DNA from: Eledone cirrhosa
Taxonomy: Eukaryota
Length of the DNA: 64,000 nt
NCBI GenBank assembly: GCA_964016885.1
Contig: OZ024741.1
Coordinates: forward strand, 202,306,001-202,370,000
Direction of reading: 5' to 3'
Shown one piece after another: positions 60,336 through 64,000 of the stretch. The notes under the pieces were generated by a model. It had not been told where the DNA came from. It worked only from the letters and a program-made list of their open reading frames with translations, and ran no database searches. The translations under genes were made by a program, and so were the position numbers. Numbering within the stretch: position 1 is the first letter of the stretch; each line of letters starts with the position of its first letter.

Positions 60336-63300
60336 ACGCAAACCACTGTTGACAATGATCTCCAGGTTCACAAGAAAACTTCTTGAGATTGGTGTTGTGG
60401 AGGGAGTGTGTAAAAGCTGTCATTTGTATGGCACACAATTAAAAGCTTTAGCAAAGACAAGATAAATAATATCCACCCATAAGCTGCCATCAGTGATTCA
60501 GGTAATGTCTTCAAGAAACTCAATGTGAGGGCCAGATAAGGCTGTGAGAGTTCCAGAAGTTCCATTGTGTTGCTCTGACACAGGGCTCCATCAGTTTGGT
60601 GATGCAGCTAGCAAAACTGACTGGACAATAATTGGCAGGTGACATACGATCACTCTTTTTGGACAGAGGAATGACACTGGCAGTTTTCCACTGCTCTGGG
60701 GTAACAACGTTATTATGGCAGAATTGGAAGAAGAATGAAAGCTAGTGTAGAAGAAAGAACCCACCACTTTTGAGAAGCAGGTACATAACATCATCAAGAC
60801 CAGGAGAGGCATAGTTGCGCTTATTCTTGAGGTTCTATACGAATACTTGTTTTAATTCCCGCTATTTCTAGGCTTAGATCAGATGGTTGATTTTTGTTGT
60901 TGTTGTTGAACAGTAATTGGAAAGGAATACACGGTCAGCATTTGTTGTTGTTGATGTTCTTCAGCAGTAATGGTTGGGGAAGACACAGTCATCAGTTTTT
61001 ATTATTCAACAGCAATGGTAAGTGAAGACACACAGGCCAGGCCCTGAAAGAACCAATTTGGTAGCTGAACCATTTCCCAGAGTCCATCCATCATAGAAAT
61101 ATGGTATCCCTTTTTTTGACCTGGGATCTTTGGAAAGTTTGTGGCACATTAAAGGCAGACAGAAACATGGCATTTATCACATTCAACCCATCGATTTTTA
61201 AAATAATTTTTGTGTCTATGCATAGATGACAGGCGTGATTTTCTAAGCAATGTTCTATTTTGGAACAGTGACCAGTTTTGTCACACACTTTATCCATGGA
61301 TGTTGCCATAACAATTTTGTTCTGTTTGTCCATCCATGCAATAGAACAAGAGGTAAACAAACATATATGTGTAAGTATAGCACACTTGTTAAGAAGATAA
61401 ATAATAAAATGTTATTGTTTCTGTTTTCCTACGTATTGTATGTGTCATGATCACCGTTTACATTCATTTCCCATGCTAGCATGAGTTGTCCTGTTGTCAG
61501 AAATGCTGGGTCAGGTGACCATGTCTTGCTCATACAGAACTGAAATTATTGCCACAGATAGTGAGTGAAGATATCTTTGTATTGCTTTAGTTTGGTTAGT
61601 CTAAGAGGTTAATGTGGGGTGGGTGGGTGGTAAGGAAATAGTGAGGTAAGCGAGTGGTTCAGCTGATTAGCATCTTAGAACAAACTTAGTATAATAGGAG
61701 ACATGAAATAAAATATATAAATAGCCATTGTTGATAGAGTACATGGAATAAGTACATGAGATAGGATAAATCCATTGTTTATAGAAAGCATGGAATAGAT
61801 ATACCATCCCAGTAAGCTGTGGAAGTACTTGTTGATAGGGGAGAAAAGAAATTTTGGAGTTTGTAAGTTACAAACGGGCTTTGAATGATTTTGGGGAAGT
61901 CTATATATGTGATGGGTTCAAGCAACCGGTTGAGATGAAATGAAATGGGTTAGCTTTGGTTGAATCTCTAATAGAGAAAGAAGAGAGAGAGCGTGAGAGA
62001 AGAAGAAGGGGCAGCATAGCAAGATAAGAGATTGAATCTCAACAGACTAGCATCTTATAACGAACTTAATAGAACAGGAGATATGAAATAAAATAAATAA
62101 ATCGCCATTCTTTGAAGACTTCTGACAGACCTATTTTTCTCTTTATTTCTTTTTTACCTCTTCTTTTCTACTCCTGTTGCAACAATCTGTCAGCCTTCCT
62201 CAACCTCCATTTTGTCCCCATCATCACCAATAGATGGTGGGGTACTCTTAGGAGGAGCAATTTCAGCATTTTTCATCTCTGAAACTAAGTATACTGTAGT
62301 TTTCTCTACTATTTTAGGATTATGAAGAACATCATCATCATTTGTTTCAGGAATTGAAGAGGAAGTAGATTTTCCCATCCTCTTCAGAAATGGAATTGGT
62401 GGTATAACTGATGGTGTAACAAGTACAGTAGCCCCAGAAAACCCTCAAGTTGTTTTTGCTGCCTCCAGTATAACAACTTAGCTTTCTGCCTTGTGGTGCT
62501 CAAGTCCACTCATGAGTACTGATCTCCTGACCACATCTCATTTATCATTACTTTAGTACTGATTATATGTCCATATTGTTTAACAGAGATAATTATGACC
62601 CATGGGTCAATGCCATTAGTTATTCCTCTAACTCTTATCTTTGTATTGTGTCTCTCCATATACTGGGATACAAGTTTGTCTTTTCACTTCCTCCTTGCTT
62701 TTGAAGGTTAGGCAGATGGTGCCATAGGCTTTGCCCTTTTCTATACTTAAAATTTTAATCCAAGCATCAAATAGTTCTTCTTTAAATTCATTTTTTTTTT
62801 GAGAGACAAAAATAAATCAGTTTTCTCCATGCTCGATTTTGGATATTTGGACAATGGGATACAATTCTTTTGAATACTGTGTAACTACTGATCTGCTTCA
62901 GTCTTTAGTTATGTTATATATAAACATTCAATATCGGATGCTATGTTGGTGAATGATGTTTGTGTCTGTGTGTTAGTGTTAAAGTGTATGGGTATTGTTG
63001 TTGTTGCTATTGCTGTTATTTATGTTATAAACATCATTTTGGGAATAAGATTGTGGCTATTATTATCTATGTTTTCAAGTGTTTGTTTCAATTTTTTTTT
63101 TTTTACCTTTTTTCAAACATTGTTCAGCTTTTTGTAAATTTATTTCAGTATTCTTATCATATATCGCTGTGTTTTGTTTTGAATCAGTGTCTGTTATGCT
63201 ACTTCTATTGCTCATACTTTCTTGCTACACCTCATGTAAACATGTCCAGGATTTTACTGTAAAAATTAACATGAAATGTCTGAAAAATAAACTTTATACT

Positions 63301-63565
63301 TATTCCAGATATTGGGATGGATGTCCTGATGTTATTAAGCCCACTTCGAACTCTAGGCACTTTGCTATATCTTGGCCAACTTCTAGAAATAATTGTCTCA
63401 TTTAACAAAAACCCTGCCAATTAACTCTTAAAATCCTGTTATGATTTAGTAGAAGGTATCTAAAAGCAGGGTCTATATGTATATATTTACTGCACCCCGT
63501 TACATACACACACACACACATTAAGCTTCAACGTACTATAGATAACAGTTGATAACTATAGATAA

Positions 63566-63742
63566 TAATTGTTTCTACTTTTGGCACAAGGCCAGCAATT
63601 ACCCAGTACATTACTGGTACTTTATTTTATCGACCCCGTAAGGATGAAAGGCAAAATGAACCTCGGCGGGATTTGAACTCAGATCGTAAAGGGACGTAAC
63701 TATGCTGGAAAGCATGTCCGACCCTCTACCGATACTGCCAAT
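63566..63742 (-). mobile_element. tRNA-derived SINE flanked by a 31-bp direct repeat
   Basis: Reverse complement of the 35230 family; flanks 63535-63565 and 63748-63778. Confidence 0.9.
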
Positions 63743-63912
63743 TCATAACTATATATAACAGTTGATAACTATAGATAACAATTAAAATGTTTATAGTATC
63801 TTTACTAATAATAGATCATTGTGAAAATTTACAGTAAATTAAAGTAAACTCTTAAATTTATAATGTGATTCAATCATGGTGCAGTTTTGTACTTTTCAAG
63901 AATGTCTTGTTA

Positions 63913-64000
63913 ATAATTGTTTCTACTTTTGGCACAAGGCCAGCAATTATCCCAGTGCAATACTGGTGCATTATTTTATCAACCCCGTAAGGACGAAAGG
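63913..64000 (-). mobile_element. SINE 3' part (runs off the window)
   Basis: Same family as 63566-63742. Confidence 0.85.

Noticed and set aside
62130-62900. Host exon or LINE ORF1 remnant
   Set aside because: Low-complexity peptide with no diagnostic motif; too degraded to call without a database search

Overview
This is a repeat-saturated eukaryotic intergenic or intronic window. No host gene, rRNA, functional tRNA or CRISPR array can be supported. The repeat complement is what I would expect from an octopus-like cephalopod genome (inference): RTE LINEs with (GAT)n tails, a tRNA-headed SINE and dense (TA)n/(CA)n/(GA)n microsatellites. Almost every ORF in the track is a transposon remnant or microsatellite noise. 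Recognisable elements: a full-length Mag-like Gypsy LTR retrotransposon (45356-49301, minus strand, 171-bp LTRs, AGGAT target duplication); many RTE, R4/Dong-like, CRE-like, Tx1/L1-like and CR1-like non-LTR fragments; several Penelope-like elements (PLE) whose termini carry hammerhead-ribozyme (HHR) motifs; non-autonomous Helitrons; hAT elements; a 35-36 bp minisatellite; and a 1.45-kb near-identical tandem duplication. The most notable observations are: (1) the Gypsy element has no tRNA primer-binding site, but a perfect 13-nt complement of its own LTR in that position, suggesting Tf1-like self-priming; (2) several type I hammerhead ribozymes, including a U3:A8 core variant; (3) 5'-inverted (twin-priming-like) CRE and PLE insertions; and (4) recurrent inverted duplications centred on (TA)n. 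All alignments and folds were done by eye, and boundaries of old fragments are approximate.
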